A stretch of 64,000 nucleotides of DNA from the sequence record NZ_AP019754.1, one strand, 5' to 3'. Below, in pieces: positions 45,428 through 57,425 of this stretch (the stretch's first letter is position 1; each line of letters opens with the position of its first letter). The position numbers were made by a program, and so were the translations under genes. Source of the stretch: a plasmid. The notes under the pieces were generated by a model. It worked only from the letters and a program-made list of their open reading frames with translations. It searched no databases and was not told the DNA's origin.

Positions 45428-46312
45428 TCATTTCAGGTACAGGTTGATGATTCTGCGGATTTCATCTTCCTGTGCGGTATCAAAGTGAACGGCATAACGG
45501 CTTTCGCCCACGTTATAACCTAAAATCTGCAACGCTTTTTTAACTGCTGCGGGTGAAAATGCCACTTTATAAAGGTCTGTGCGTAAGCCCGTGACCTGCT
45601 CTTGCGCCAGCCGCGATCCTTCACGATCTCCGGCATGGAAGCGAGACCAGATAGCATTGATTTGACGCGGCGCGACGTTAGCCAGGCCTGAAATACAGGC
45701 TGAGCATCCCTCGACATAGCCCTGGTGAATCAGTGAGTCCGGACCGTTCAGAACATCGAAGTCTTTACTGTCCTTAACGGCATCCAGATAACCTTTCAGG
45801 CTTTCATAGCTTCCGGCGCTGTCTTTCACGCCAATAATATTCGGGTGTTCAGCAAGTGTGCGGGCCGTTTGTGGCTCGATCGTATTACCCGTCCTGGCCG
45901 GAATGTTATACAAAAACACCGGAACGGAAAGGGCATCCGCAATGGCCGTGTAATGATGAATGAGTTCGCGCTGATTAAGCGGCACAAAATAAGGCGTAAT
46001 CACCGAAACTGCGTCCACGCCCAGTTTTTCGATTTGTTTGCCCAGCCGAATGGTTTCGCGGGTGGAAATCTCACCAATATGCGCCACAACGTTTCCGCGC
46101 CCCGATACTTCATTAACACAGGTTTCAGTAACAGTGAGTTTCTCTTTCTCATTAAGGACAAAAAACTCACCGTTAGTGCCGCCACAGAAAATACCGTTGC
46201 CCGCATTAAGTTGGCGAATAACCTGACGCTTAAGTTCATCAAGGTTAAGTCCGCCTTCTTTATCAAAAGGGGTAACAATAGCTGTTAACACACCTTCAAT
46301 TTTCTTACGCAT
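45428..46312 (-). CDS. DapA/NanA-family class I aldolase (N-acetylneuraminate lyase-like)
   Basis: GVLTAIVTPFDKEGGLNLDELKRQV...GGTNGEFFVLNEKEKL is the DHDPS/NAL family signature. SD AAAAAGGAG lies 7 nt before the ATG at 46312. About 294 aa, matching NanA (297 aa). Confidence 0.75.
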   Translation of the reverse strand: MRKKIEGVLTAIVTPFDKEGGLNLDELKRQVIRQLNAGNGIFCGGTNGEFFVLNEKEKLTVTETCVNEVSGRGNVVAHIGEISTRETIRLGKQIEKLGVDAVSVITPYFVPLNQRELIHHYTAIADALSVPVFLYNIPARTGNTIEPQTARTLAEHPNIIGVKDSAGSYESLKGYLDAVKDSKDFDVLNGPDSLIHQGYVEGCSACISGLANVAPRQINAIWSRFHAGDREGSRLAQEQVTGLRTDLYKVAFSPAAVKKALQILGYNVGESRYAVHFDTAQEDEIRRIINLYLK

Positions 46313-46331
46313 TACCCACTCCTTTTTTAAA

Positions 46332-47477
46332 TTAAATCCTGGGGAAAAGTGTCCGGTAAATTGCAGCCACATCTTGATGGCTGACTACGCAAGGCGAATT
46401 GCTCATCAATCGCTTCACGTTCAGAGCCGCTTCACTGAGGGAATCGATATCATCGGATGGCACACCCAGGGCTTCCAGGTTATCAGGCAGGTTGAGGCGT
46501 TTGACTAATTTGGCCAGATAGTCAACCAGCGCATGTGATTTCTCTTCCTGACTCAGCGTGGTATCGGCTTCCGGGATCAGATCCCAGACGTTGGCAAATT
46601 TCTCCACCGCAAAGGGCCGCACTACTTTCATGCAGGGCGCCAGCAGAATGGCGTTAGCGACACCGTGAGGCAGATGCCAGGTACCGCCTAAGGGATAGGA
46701 CAGGGCATGAACAAGATGGGTACCGGCATGGGCAATGGCTGCACCGCCATAATAAGAGGCCCACAGCATTTCCAGCTTGGCTGTCAGGTTATGCGGTTCA
46801 TTAACGGAGGTTTCCAGATGACGGAATAATTTATACAACCCCATGAGTGCAACATTGTCACCGACAGGATTCGAAATCGTTGCGGTGTAGCACTCAAGTA
46901 AATGGCACAGCGCATCAATTCCCGTTGATGAGGCGATATGCGCTGGCATGCTGGTTGTCAGCTCAGGTATCAGGGCAACATAATCTGGCAGCATGACAGG
47001 CGAAATAATACCGACTTTGGTATTTTGCTCGGGAATGGCCAGAATGGCATTTGGGGTCGATTCCGATCCTGTGCCCGCAGTAGAAGGAATGAGCAGCGAC
47101 GGCAAGCGCGCTTCAATTTTCTGACCGTCCAGCAGAGCCTTGAGCGAAGGACGGGACGCATGGCATAAAACCGAGAGGAGCTTCGCCACATCCAACACGC
47201 TTCCGCCACCAACACCCACGACCAAATCATAGGCCTTACCTGCCGTGCGCGTCAGCACTGTTTCAACGTCAGTATGCGTCGGCTCTGCCGGAACATCGTC
47301 AATGAGCTCTACCTGACGAGCATCCTGCCCCAGTAGCGTGAGGATCTGCGCTGTTGCCGGCAAATTCACAATGTTTTTATCTGTTAAAACCAGCAGTCGT
47401 TTTCTGCCCGCCACGACGGGCGCCAGTGCGTTTATCGCATGAGAACCGCTTAATATCGTGCTGTTAATTATGGCCAC
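46332..47477 (-). CDS. iron-containing (group III) alcohol dehydrogenase
   Basis: 381 aa. GGGSVLDVAK glycine-rich NAD motif, plus metal-binding His residues in the C-terminal half. Confidence 0.8.
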   Translation of the reverse strand: MAIINSTILSGSHAINALAPVVAGRKRLLVLTDKNIVNLPATAQILTLLGQDARQVELIDDVPAEPTHTDVETVLTRTAGKAYDLVVGVGGGSVLDVAKLLSVLCHASRPSLKALLDGQKIEARLPSLLIPSTAGTGSESTPNAILAIPEQNTKVGIISPVMLPDYVALIPELTTSMPAHIASSTGIDALCHLLECYTATISNPVGDNVALMGLYKLFRHLETSVNEPHNLTAKLEMLWASYYGGAAIAHAGTHLVHALSYPLGGTWHLPHGVANAILLAPCMKVVRPFAVEKFANVWDLIPEADTTLSQEEKSHALVDYLAKLVKRLNLPDNLEALGVPSDDIDSLSEAALNVKRLMSNSPCVVSHQDVAAIYRTLFPRI

Positions 47478-47942
47478 ATTCTTCTCCCCGTTTATGACTG
47501 AAATTCATCATGCTGCTGTAGCGCAATCACTCAGCGACTAAATTTATAAATAAAATGGCGCTTTATTAAATTGATCTTGCTCACATATAATCGATTGTGA
47601 TTGAATATAATCAAATGATCGAGCGGGTGCTTTGCACACCTGGTCGCTGTATGTAAATGCGCCTTTAGCTGAAGCCGTCAGTGAGCAGCACGCGATTTGC
47701 TGCCTGGTGCGTGTTCCGTTGGTGATGCGCAGCGCACCGTCAAATGCGGTATTACTCAGGTGCGGAGATTGCGACGGCATCGTGCGCGACGGGATTCAGA
47801 ATTGAGGGCCGGGCGGGTAATTGTGCGCCATACAGATACTTTCCCGGCCGCGGCCGGAGTCTGACTGTATTGATTAAAGTCGGTGTTTTCGGAGATGAAA
47901 CCACCCTTTCAGAAATATTGAGCTTCGTTGAGGAGAAAACAG

Positions 47943-48929
47943 GTGACGAATACTGTTGCTATAACAATGGGAGATCCTGCCGGGATCGGTCCTGAAATCA
48001 TTATTAAAGCGTTAGCCGAAGGTGCATTGAATGGTTCACCCGCGGTTGTTATCGGCTGCGCTGAGACTTTCCGCCGCATACTGGCCATGAACATCACACC
48101 TCAGGTTGAACTCCGGGTGATCGACCAGGTTTCTGAGGCACGGTTCACGCCCGGCATCCTTCATATTATTGATGAGAAGGTGGCGCATCCCGAAGCGTTG
48201 CAATGTGGTGTGGTTCAGCCAGAAGCCGGTGACGTGGCCTACCGTTGCATCAAGCGCGCGACAGAAATGGCGCTGCGTGGTGAGGTAAAGGCGATTGCGA
48301 CTGCGCCGCTGAATAAAGAAGCGCTGCATCTGGCAGGGCATCATTATCCGGGCCATACCGAATTACTCGCGAAGCTAACGGACACCAAAGATTATTCGAT
48401 GGTGCTCTACACCGATAAACTGAAAGTCATTCATGTCACCACACATATTTCCCTGCGCAAGTTTCTGGATACGCTGAGTCAGGCGCGGGTGGAAACGGTG
48501 GTGAGGATTGCCGATACCTTTTTACGCCGGGTCGGTTTCACCCAACCGCGTATTGCGGTGGCAGGAGTAAACCCACATGCGGGTGAAAATGGTCTGTTTG
48601 GCGATGAAGAGATCCGTATTCTGACGCCCGCTGTCGAAGCGATGAAAGCGCAGGGCATGGATGTGTACGGCCCCTGTCCACCGGACACCGTTTTCATGCA
48701 GTGTAACGAAGGCATGTACGACATTGTTGTCGCCATGTATCACGATCAGGGGCATATTCCGCTTAAGCTGCTTGGCTTTTACGACGGGGTGAACATCACG
48801 GCAGGATTGCCTTTCCTGCGTACTTCAGCCGATCACGGTACGGCATTTAACATCGCCTGGACAGGTAAGGCTAATCCGGAGAGTATGGCGATATCAATTG
48901 ATATGGCCATGAAGATTACCCGGGAGTAA
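47943..48929 (+). CDS. PdxA-family 4-hydroxythreonine-4-phosphate dehydrogenase-like oxidoreductase (PdxA2-type)
   Basis: AITMGDPAGIGPEI matches the PdxA N-terminus (ITPGEPAGIGPDL). GTG at 47943 is preceded by GAGGAG at a 7-nt spacing. The tool's TTG at 47928 lacks an SD. Confidence 0.75.
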   Translation: MTNTVAITMGDPAGIGPEIIIKALAEGALNGSPAVVIGCAETFRRILAMNITPQVELRVIDQVSEARFTPGILHIIDEKVAHPEALQCGVVQPEAGDVAYRCIKRATEMALRGEVKAIATAPLNKEALHLAGHHYPGHTELLAKLTDTKDYSMVLYTDKLKVIHVTTHISLRKFLDTLSQARVETVVRIADTFLRRVGFTQPRIAVAGVNPHAGENGLFGDEEIRILTPAVEAMKAQGMDVYGPCPPDTVFMQCNEGMYDIVVAMYHDQGHIPLKLLGFYDGVNITAGLPFLRTSADHGTAFNIAWTGKANPESMAISIDMAMKITRE

Positions 48930-49229
48930 TAATTTATCGAAAGCTAATGCTTTCTGGTCACTCAGGCGATGGCAAGACATCGCCTTTTCTTCACCGGGCT
49001 GAAGCGTCATCGCTGTCCACAACCCATCCACCTCAACACGTTACCTCCACTTCGCTTGCAAATGACTACGAGCAGATAGTCATGCTCTATTACATAAGTT
49101 CTCTTTATTTAAGTTTTGATCGGCAGCGACCTGCCTCAGTGGGATAATATGAATGGATTGTCTCAGTGCTGTAGCGACTTTCTTATTTCAACGTCATTAA
49201 CATTCGCCGCTCAGTTAATAACTCGGAGA

Positions 49230-49247
49230 TGTACATTGAAGTTTACG
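49230..49247. promoter_or_regulatory. candidate TyrR box upstream of tpl
   Basis: TGTACA-TTGAAG-TTTACG versus the TyrR consensus TGTAAA-N6-TTTACA (2 mismatches). A second weaker candidate, TGTTTA-ATCATT-TTTACG, lies at 49458..49475. Confidence 0.3.
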
Positions 49248-49648
49248 GATTTTAAGCAACCGCTGTGATTATTCATTTTTTAGGTGATCGCTGCCTCATA
49301 TTATCTGGTTAAAAATGTCACATTTATTACCTATAAAGAAAATGGAAAGATAAGTTTTCATTGTTATCAACCTTAACCGACTTTTCTGTTTCTGTATGAC
49401 CGACGGCCGTTACGCTAACGCTATGAATATTCAGCATACATGGCCGATCTTTTTTGATGTTTAATCATTTTTACGTTTTATACATTGTCAGAAAGGCGCG
49501 CATAGTGACGCGGCTATTTTCATCGCATGATAAATCCCGCATGATGGTGTCGTATTATTTCCACCTCAATTCTGAGGTTATTGTTATATCTTCCTGTGCA
49601 TTTCATCTATGCACCAGACTTATTCGACGCGCATTTTTCTGCGTATGA

Positions 49649-51043
<1,395 letters not shown>

Positions 51044-51052
51044 TACAACCCT

Positions 51053-51123
51053 GGCCCCGCAGGGGCCCTGTTTCTCTCCTATCACCCTTCCTTTATTTCA
51101 GACCTGCCGCCATGGCAGGTCTG
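51053..51123. terminator. two intergenic hairpins between tpl and tutB (possible attenuating terminator)
   Basis: First hairpin GGCCCC-gca-GGGGCC is followed by ctgtttctctcc. Second hairpin CAGACCTGCC-gccat-GGCAGGTCTG is a 10-bp perfect stem. Confidence 0.4.
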
Positions 51124-51198
51124 CAGTAGAACCGTTATTATCCAGCGGATTCAGAATGACGCCAAAATGATAATAAAGAGTCAACAGGAGAATTTCTC

Positions 51199-52449
51199 AT
51201 GGTTATTAAGAAAACAACACCCGGTTTAATGAGTGGAACGATGCTTATCATTGCCACCGTCATAGGTGGCGGTATGTTCTCACTGCCGATTGCTATGGCT
51301 GGCATATGGTTTCCAGGCGCATCAATTATTTTAACGCTCATTGCCATAATGATGCTGTTAACCGGACTGATGCTGGTTGAAGTCAATCTCCATTATGGCG
51401 GTGGTGCGAGTTTTAACACCTTCACACAGGATTTATTAGGTCATAAATGGAATGTTGTGGTGGGTATCGCATTTGGCTTTGTCTTGTATATTTTAACTTA
51501 TGCTTATATTTCTGGCTCTTCTGCTGTCATCTCTCAGACGGTAGAAAAATACAGCGGATTTTATCTTCCAGCCCGCTTATCTGTGATCATCGTAAGCGTG
51601 TTGGTCGGTGGCATCGCATGGTACAGCTCGCTTTTGGTTGGCCGTATTACAACGGTGTTAATTATCGGGAAGTTTGTTGCCTTTTTTGCTACCTTCTCTG
51701 GCCTGATATGGCATGTCGAAGGCGCTAAACTTATTGACAGTGCCGCCTGGGCGCTGCCTGATACGCAATATCTGCCATATATTTTAATGACGCTACCTTT
51801 CTGCATCATCTCTTACGGTTTCCACGGCAACGTGCCCAGTCTGGTGAAGCTGTATGGCACTCAGGGGGTTAAGAATATCACCCGGTCGATTTTTATTGGC
51901 ACGGCTTTCGCTCTGCTGCTTTACATATTCTGGTTGGTCGTCACCATGGGCAATATCAGCCGCGCCGATTTTTCGCCCATTATCGCCAAAGGGGGGAATA
52001 TTGATGTATTTGTCGAGGCAATAGGGGGCTTATTTACCAGCACGTCTATGGATCTGATCCTCACTTTCTTTGGTAATTTTGCGGTAGCCAGTTCATTGCT
52101 AGCCGCGACGCTGGGGCTTTTCGATTATATTGCCGATCTGTTTCATTTTTCAGACGACCGTTCTGGCCGGTTTAAGACGGCCCTGGTAACGTATTTGCCA
52201 CCCGCTGTCGTTTGTTTCATCCTGCCCGGTGGCTTTGTCTATGCAATTGGCTATGCCGGTCTGGCCTTTACGATCTGGAGCGTTATTCTGCCGCCTTTTC
52301 TTGTGAAAGCGGCCCGCAAGCGTTTTCCCACTGCAGTCTATACCGCACCCTGTAATAACATGATCCTTAATCTGGTTATCGTGGTGGGGGGATTCGTTTA
52401 CCTGACGGTGGTACTTGATGTATTCCGGCTGCTGCCTTCGTTTAGCTAA
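51199..52449 (+). CDS. tutB: tyrosine-specific permease (HAAAP family, TyrP/TutB-like)
   Basis: 416 aa, 11 TM segments. N-terminal LIIATVIGGGMFSLPIAMAG is typical of Mtr/TnaB/TyrP. Sits immediately downstream of tpl, as in the E. herbicola tutAB operon. Confidence 0.85.
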   Translation: MVIKKTTPGLMSGTMLIIATVIGGGMFSLPIAMAGIWFPGASIILTLIAIMMLLTGLMLVEVNLHYGGGASFNTFTQDLLGHKWNVVVGIAFGFVLYILTYAYISGSSAVISQTVEKYSGFYLPARLSVIIVSVLVGGIAWYSSLLVGRITTVLIIGKFVAFFATFSGLIWHVEGAKLIDSAAWALPDTQYLPYILMTLPFCIISYGFHGNVPSLVKLYGTQGVKNITRSIFIGTAFALLLYIFWLVVTMGNISRADFSPIIAKGGNIDVFVEAIGGLFTSTSMDLILTFFGNFAVASSLLAATLGLFDYIADLFHFSDDRSGRFKTALVTYLPPAVVCFILPGGFVYAIGYAGLAFTIWSVILPPFLVKAARKRFPTAVYTAPCNNMILNLVIVVGGFVYLTVVLDVFRLLPSFS

Positions 52450-53802
52450 AGTGAAGCGAGCGCGATGTGTGCACCTTATCACCATCACCATCCTGTGCTC
52501 TCATGCTGCCTGATTAGACCAGTGTCCCTTGCCGGGGGCTGAGCGAATCACGTCTTCAACACTTCTCAGGCTTCAGCCGCGATGCTCCCACGGACAAGCT
52601 GGCTGAAGCTCAGTGTCAGGGCTCAGTGAGCCCCGATCGACAAAGCGTATAACGACCTGTTATTCAAGGTGTGATGACAGGCAGCAGGCTAAAGGGTAAT
52701 ACCCTGCTGCTGCAGTCGCGTTGCGCGGAATCTTACCTGAAGGCAAACCTGCATCTCTTCATGGCAACATCCTGAGATGAGGTCTGAGCAATGTGAATTG
52801 GGGTTTTAACAAGAGCGGCCCTCATTAAAACCAGTCAGAGGGCCAGGAGTGATCGGGACAGTGGTATTTATTTTGCTGATTTATTATTGATTTTTACTCG
52901 TTCAGTTAACAGACTGGTTTCAAGATCAGAAAAATTCAGGGTTCTCAAGAAGGCAGGATTAATATTCTTACAGGGTAACAGTCGGGTATCACCAAGGTTA
53001 TTGACAAGAATGAGGTAAGGATTTGTTCCTTGCATATCAATCACAGAGTTCAATTTCCACATAATTTCCTCCTTGGTTCATGGATGTCATGAACACAGCT
53101 GGAATTATGCGTGGTAATCCGCCGGAAAAATGAGGAATCAGTGCTACCTGATGCTCTGTTTCCCTCATGGTAAGCATTAAATTATAAATACTTGATGTAC
53201 ATCTATGTCATTAAATTGTCACAATGAAAGCCATCGCGAATCGCGTAAGAAATAACTAACTCAAACTTGATCGGACCGACGATGAAACAGTGTTGTCATA
53301 ATGGAGCTAGTTATGAAGGGTTCATTTTACTGCATCACACGTGTTGATTAAATCTGAATTTATTTTACATGACGCCCTGTCAGGCATTACGCCTTTTTCC
53401 GGATATAAGCATTTTTCGCCAGAGACGGTGCTGTCTCTGATTACTTATGTCTTAAAATCTTAATAACATAAAAACCACCAATTTAACCTCATGGAAACAG
53501 GTTTGTGAGGTGTATTCCTTACATGCGTGTTATTTATTTCTCTATCTCATCCCAGCACATGTCACAATTCAGGTGTTGCTTCTGGTATGGTAGTGGACTT
53601 GCATATTTTCATAGCGATAATCTTGGTTTTGACGAAAAAATTGTTCAACGCACAATCTGCAATCCACTAATTGATCATTTTGTCGCGGCGGTCATTTAAT
53701 TTTAATTACCCTTTTTTCATCAATGCTGTTATGTCACGCAAGGACACAGCGAATCATGCCGGAAATAACCAAATAATAACTTTAATTAACAGTGAGATTA
53801 CA

Positions 53803-55263
53803 ATGCCAAATAAATTACTCAGTGCTAACGCCACCGTTCCACAGTGGGATCGCCATAATCTGGTTCCGAGAATCGTTCATCTCGGATTTGGTGCGTTTCA
53901 CCGTGCCCATCAGGCTGTCTATGCAGACGTTCTTGCTGCTGAACACAGCAGCGACTGGGGTTATATTGAAGTCAATCTTATCGGCGGTGAGCAACAGATT
54001 GCCGATCTCAAGCGTCAGGATTTTCTCTATACCGTGGCAGAAATGTCCGCCAGTGCGTGGTCAGGCAGGGTGGTTGGCGTCGTCAGGCAGGCGCTTCATG
54101 CGCAGGTTGATGGCACTGAAGCCGTGCTGGAGGCGCTATGCCAGCCGCAGGTTGCCATTGTGTCGTTAACGATTACCGAAAAGGGCTACTGCCACGCGCC
54201 CGCGACAGGCGAACTGATGCGTGACCATCCCCTAATCGTAGCTGACTTAGCACAGCCCCATCAGCCCCATTCCGCCCCAGGCATCATCGTTGAAGCGCTG
54301 GCCCGCCGCAGAGCGGCGGGGTTAGCCGCCTTCAGCGTCATGTCCTGCGATAACATTCCTGAAAATGGCAGGGTGATTGCCGGGGTCGTTTGCGCCTATG
54401 CGCGGCAATGCGATCGCGAACTGGCAAGCTGGATCGAACAGCACGTCACCTTTCCCTCTACCATGGTGGATCGTATCGTACCCGCCGTCACCCAGGAAAG
54501 CCTGAATAAAATTGCGCAGGTAACAGGGGTGCAGGATGCTCTGGCGGTGGCCTGTGAACCCTTCAGGCAATGGGTGATAGAGGATAACTTCGTAGCCGGA
54601 CGTCCTGAGTGGGAAAAGGCCGGCGCAGAACTCGTTAACGATGTTGTCCCGTACGAAGAAATGAAGTTGCGCATGTTAAACGGCAGCCACTCATTTCTGG
54701 CCTATCTTGGTTATCTGGCGGGCTATGAACATATTTGTGACTGCATGGAGGATCCCGATTTCAGACGGGCAGCACGAACGTTGATGCTGCAGGAGCAGGC
54801 ACCGACATTGCAAGTTAAGGGCGTGGATCTGACGCGTTATGCTGACCTGCTGATCGCGCGCTTTGAAAACCATGCGTTAAAGCACCGTGCCTGGCAGATA
54901 GCCATGGATGGCAGCCAGAAACTTCCTCAGCGCTGGCTGGACTCGGTTCGTTGGCATCTCAGAAACGAAAGTGATTTTGACCTGCTCGCCCTGGGCATTG
55001 CCGGTTGGATGCGCTATGTCTCAGGCGTAGACGAGCAGGGAAATCCGATTGAAGTGATCGACCCGTTATTACCCACTTTGAACGCTGCTGTGGGATCCAG
55101 TGCTGATGGCGAGGCGAGGGTGAAAGCATTATTAGGTGTCGATGCCATTTTTGGTGAGGCGCTGGCAAATAATGCGTACTTTGTGGAGCAGGTAACCCGT
55201 GCCTATCAGCTTCTGCTTGATAAAGGGGCGAAAGGCGCGGTAGCCGCTGCCGTTGCGCATTAA
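53803..55263 (+). CDS. uxuB: D-mannonate oxidoreductase (fructuronate reductase), mannitol-dehydrogenase family
   Basis: 486 aa from the ATG at 53803. Colinear and highly similar to E. coli UxuB ([18 protein letters not shown], SVMSCDNxxENG, [53 protein letters not shown]). No uxuA is adjacent. Confidence 0.88.
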   Translation: MPNKLLSANATVPQWDRHNLVPRIVHLGFGAFHRAHQAVYADVLAAEHSSDWGYIEVNLIGGEQQIADLKRQDFLYTVAEMSASAWSGRVVGVVRQALHAQVDGTEAVLEALCQPQVAIVSLTITEKGYCHAPATGELMRDHPLIVADLAQPHQPHSAPGIIVEALARRRAAGLAAFSVMSCDNIPENGRVIAGVVCAYARQCDRELASWIEQHVTFPSTMVDRIVPAVTQESLNKIAQVTGVQDALAVACEPFRQWVIEDNFVAGRPEWEKAGAELVNDVVPYEEMKLRMLNGSHSFLAYLGYLAGYEHICDCMEDPDFRRAARTLMLQEQAPTLQVKGVDLTRYADLLIARFENHALKHRAWQIAMDGSQKLPQRWLDSVRWHLRNESDFDLLALGIAGWMRYVSGVDEQGNPIEVIDPLLPTLNAAVGSSADGEARVKALLGVDAIFGEALANNAYFVEQVTRAYQLLLDKGAKGAVAAAVAH

Positions 55264-55272
55264 TCTTCAGTG

Positions 55273-55299
55273 AGGCAAGCCACGGGCAGTGGCTTGCCT
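55273..55299. terminator. bidirectional hairpin terminator (uxuB / hydrolase convergent pair)
   Basis: AGGCAAGCCAC-gggca-GTGGCTTGCCT is an 11-bp perfect stem. No strong T-run follows. Confidence 0.5.
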
Positions 55300-55304
55300 G
55301 GCGA

Positions 55305-56339
55305 TTACAGGTTATCGTTTGGACGGCCAGATTGGTCGGCAACGACGCCCGTATCTGGTTTGAGTTCGCGCGTAAACCAGCTTACGACTTCCTGGATAAC
55401 CTCCGGCTGGTACCAGGTGAGGTCGGCATGCTCTGCCCCTTTCACCACAACGTAGTCCACTTTCTCACCGGCTTTCCTGAGTGCATCAAACAGCTGCGCA
55501 CTTTGATGGGGCGATACCAGAGAATCTTTATCACCGTGCATAATCAGGAAAGGCGGCTTGCTGTTTCGTAAATGTCCCATAGGGCTGGCATGCCGTGCTT
55601 TTGCCGTGTCGTCCATGATGCTTGCGCCAGCAAACTCACGAAAGGCTGGACCGTGCACCAGCAATGCCTCGGTTACCGCAGGTGACTGATGAACTTTTTG
55701 AATTTCATCGGCATAACCTTCGCCAATGTTAAGGAGGTCGGATATGCCATATAGCGTTGCCACTGCCTGCACATCAGAGGATTTATCGGTGAAATCACCG
55801 CGATCAAACGCCGTTTCCCCCTGTGTGGTGCCGAGCATTTGCACAAGCCATCCCCCAGCCGAATCGCCGAGTACACCAATGCGCGCGGGATCAATGCCGT
55901 ATGTCTCGGCATGTTGTCGCAAATAGCGCACTGCCGCTTTACCATCATTTACCGGAGCCGGGAAGGTATCCGGTACAACGCGATATTCCGCAGCGGCCAC
56001 AACAAAGCCAGCCTCTGCCAGCGCCATACGCATCTGGATGTACTTATCGTGATTGGCACTGGTAAAACCGCCACCGGGAAAATAAATGATGGCGGGTTTA
56101 GGCGCGTCGGTGCGGGGCACTAACAGCGACATATGGAGCGGCCTGGTCTCTCTTGCCGTCGTGATTTGTGAATAAACGATGCCACTTATGGCATCTATCT
56201 GATTGCGTGTTGGTTTGACCTGAATAACCTTTGCACCCTCACGATAACCCGTCAGATCGTTATGCTCTGTCGCCATCGCGCTCCCCATTGTCATCATTGC
56301 TGCTAACCCACCAATTAAAAAATTGTGGCATAGATTCAT
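55305..56339 (-). CDS. secreted alpha/beta-hydrolase-fold esterase/lipase
   Basis: Signal peptide MNLCHNFLIGGLAAMMTMGSAMA. Nucleophile elbow GDSAGG. HGG-type oxyanion region (YFPGGGF). Confidence 0.75.
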   Translation of the reverse strand: MNLCHNFLIGGLAAMMTMGSAMATEHNDLTGYREGAKVIQVKPTRNQIDAISGIVYSQITTARETRPLHMSLLVPRTDAPKPAIIYFPGGGFTSANHDKYIQMRMALAEAGFVVAAAEYRVVPDTFPAPVNDGKAAVRYLRQHAETYGIDPARIGVLGDSAGGWLVQMLGTTQGETAFDRGDFTDKSSDVQAVATLYGISDLLNIGEGYADEIQKVHQSPAVTEALLVHGPAFREFAGASIMDDTAKARHASPMGHLRNSKPPFLIMHGDKDSLVSPHQSAQLFDALRKAGEKVDYVVVKGAEHADLTWYQPEVIQEVVSWFTRELKPDTGVVADQSGRPNDNL

Positions 56340-56538
56340 AATTTTTCCCCAGACGTTGAGAGAAATGCTCTCAATTGAACAAAAAAACCTGCATTGAGGC
56401 TGTCATTTTCAGCAATCAGACGGTAATGCATAAACGGCAAAGAGAAGTTGAGCGAGATTATGAAAGCCGGATTTTGGGGGAAAGATTGCGGAGTGATGAG
56501 GCGCGAGCCAAACCTTGTGGCGGTCTGGCCCGATGAGA

Positions 56539-56625
56539 TTAGCGAATGACGATGGTAAGCAGGATAAAAACGACTGCGATAGCTACCACCTGAATAAAAA
56601 TCCTATCAAGCGTGAATTTACGCAT
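56539..56625 (-). CDS. unannotated small hydrophobic ORF (28 aa) MRKFTLDRIFIQVVAIAVVFILLTIVIR
   Basis: Hand-translated, and absent from the supplied ORF track (presumably below its length cut-off). SD GAGGTG lies 5 nt upstream of the ATG. Single predicted TM helix. 9 nt downstream of the preceding small ORF. Confidence 0.35.
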   Translation of the reverse strand: MRKFTLDRIFIQVVAIAVVFILLTIVIR

Positions 56626-56634
56626 AGCGTCACC

Positions 56635-56730
56635 TCACGGCGTGAGTATTTGCCAGATACCCAATCCTGTCAGGATCAGGCCGGTTAAAAGAAAAATGAA
56701 CGAAATCGCGCTTTCAGATGAAAACTTCAT
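56635..56730 (-). CDS. unannotated small hydrophobic ORF (31 aa) MKFSSESAISFIFLLTGLILTGLGIWQILTP
   Basis: Hand-translated. SD AAGGAAG lies 6 nt upstream of the ATG. Single predicted TM helix. Tandem with the 28-aa ORF. Confidence 0.35.
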   Translation of the reverse strand: MKFSSESAISFIFLLTGLILTGLGIWQILTP

Positions 56731-57425
56731 GATGTGCTTCCTTGTCATTATGATGACGGTTAATCGCATCCGATGATGTGAACATTAACGTCACCCGGTG
56801 AGACAGCGTCCGGCTTCTGCCTGTCAGAAACCCATGCCGTTATCCCGGCCCGAGTGCGCTGATGTTTCGGCGGCAGAGGCACCTCTTTATTACGCCGCTC
56901 GATATCAATGTTGCATCAGGTGATAAGTCTGACGGTTTAACGATAGGCGGTAAGCCTCTTTATCGGCTGATGTTGGCGTCATGTTCCTGTGCGGCTATCC
57001 GCATGCATGGCGACAAAAAAGGGATGATCCAGCCTGCTGTTACGCTGCTCGTGTAGGAATAACTGTGGCGACAGCAAGACATCGCGTCGATAAGGCTTAC
57101 AGCGATTGCACTCGCTTTGCGGGAGGAGGGAATAGCGCGTTTTTAAACAGTAACATGACCACAGTCCTCATTCGTTAACTGCTGGCTGACCAGAATGGCG
57201 ATTGTCATGCGGGTAATCATGGTCGGCTTTACGAAACAGCCATCCCAACCTTCAATCACGCCGATGCCATGAAGCCTGAATGAATGCGTGCCTAGTATAA
57301 TCAGGATGCAACGTGAGTAAAGCCAATACCTGTGGGTGAGTGAGGATAGGTTTAAGTTACGCAGACATGAAATTATCGTTGCTGAATTCCGGCCACGGTT
57401 ATCAGCCCTTACCAGTGCCTCTGAT

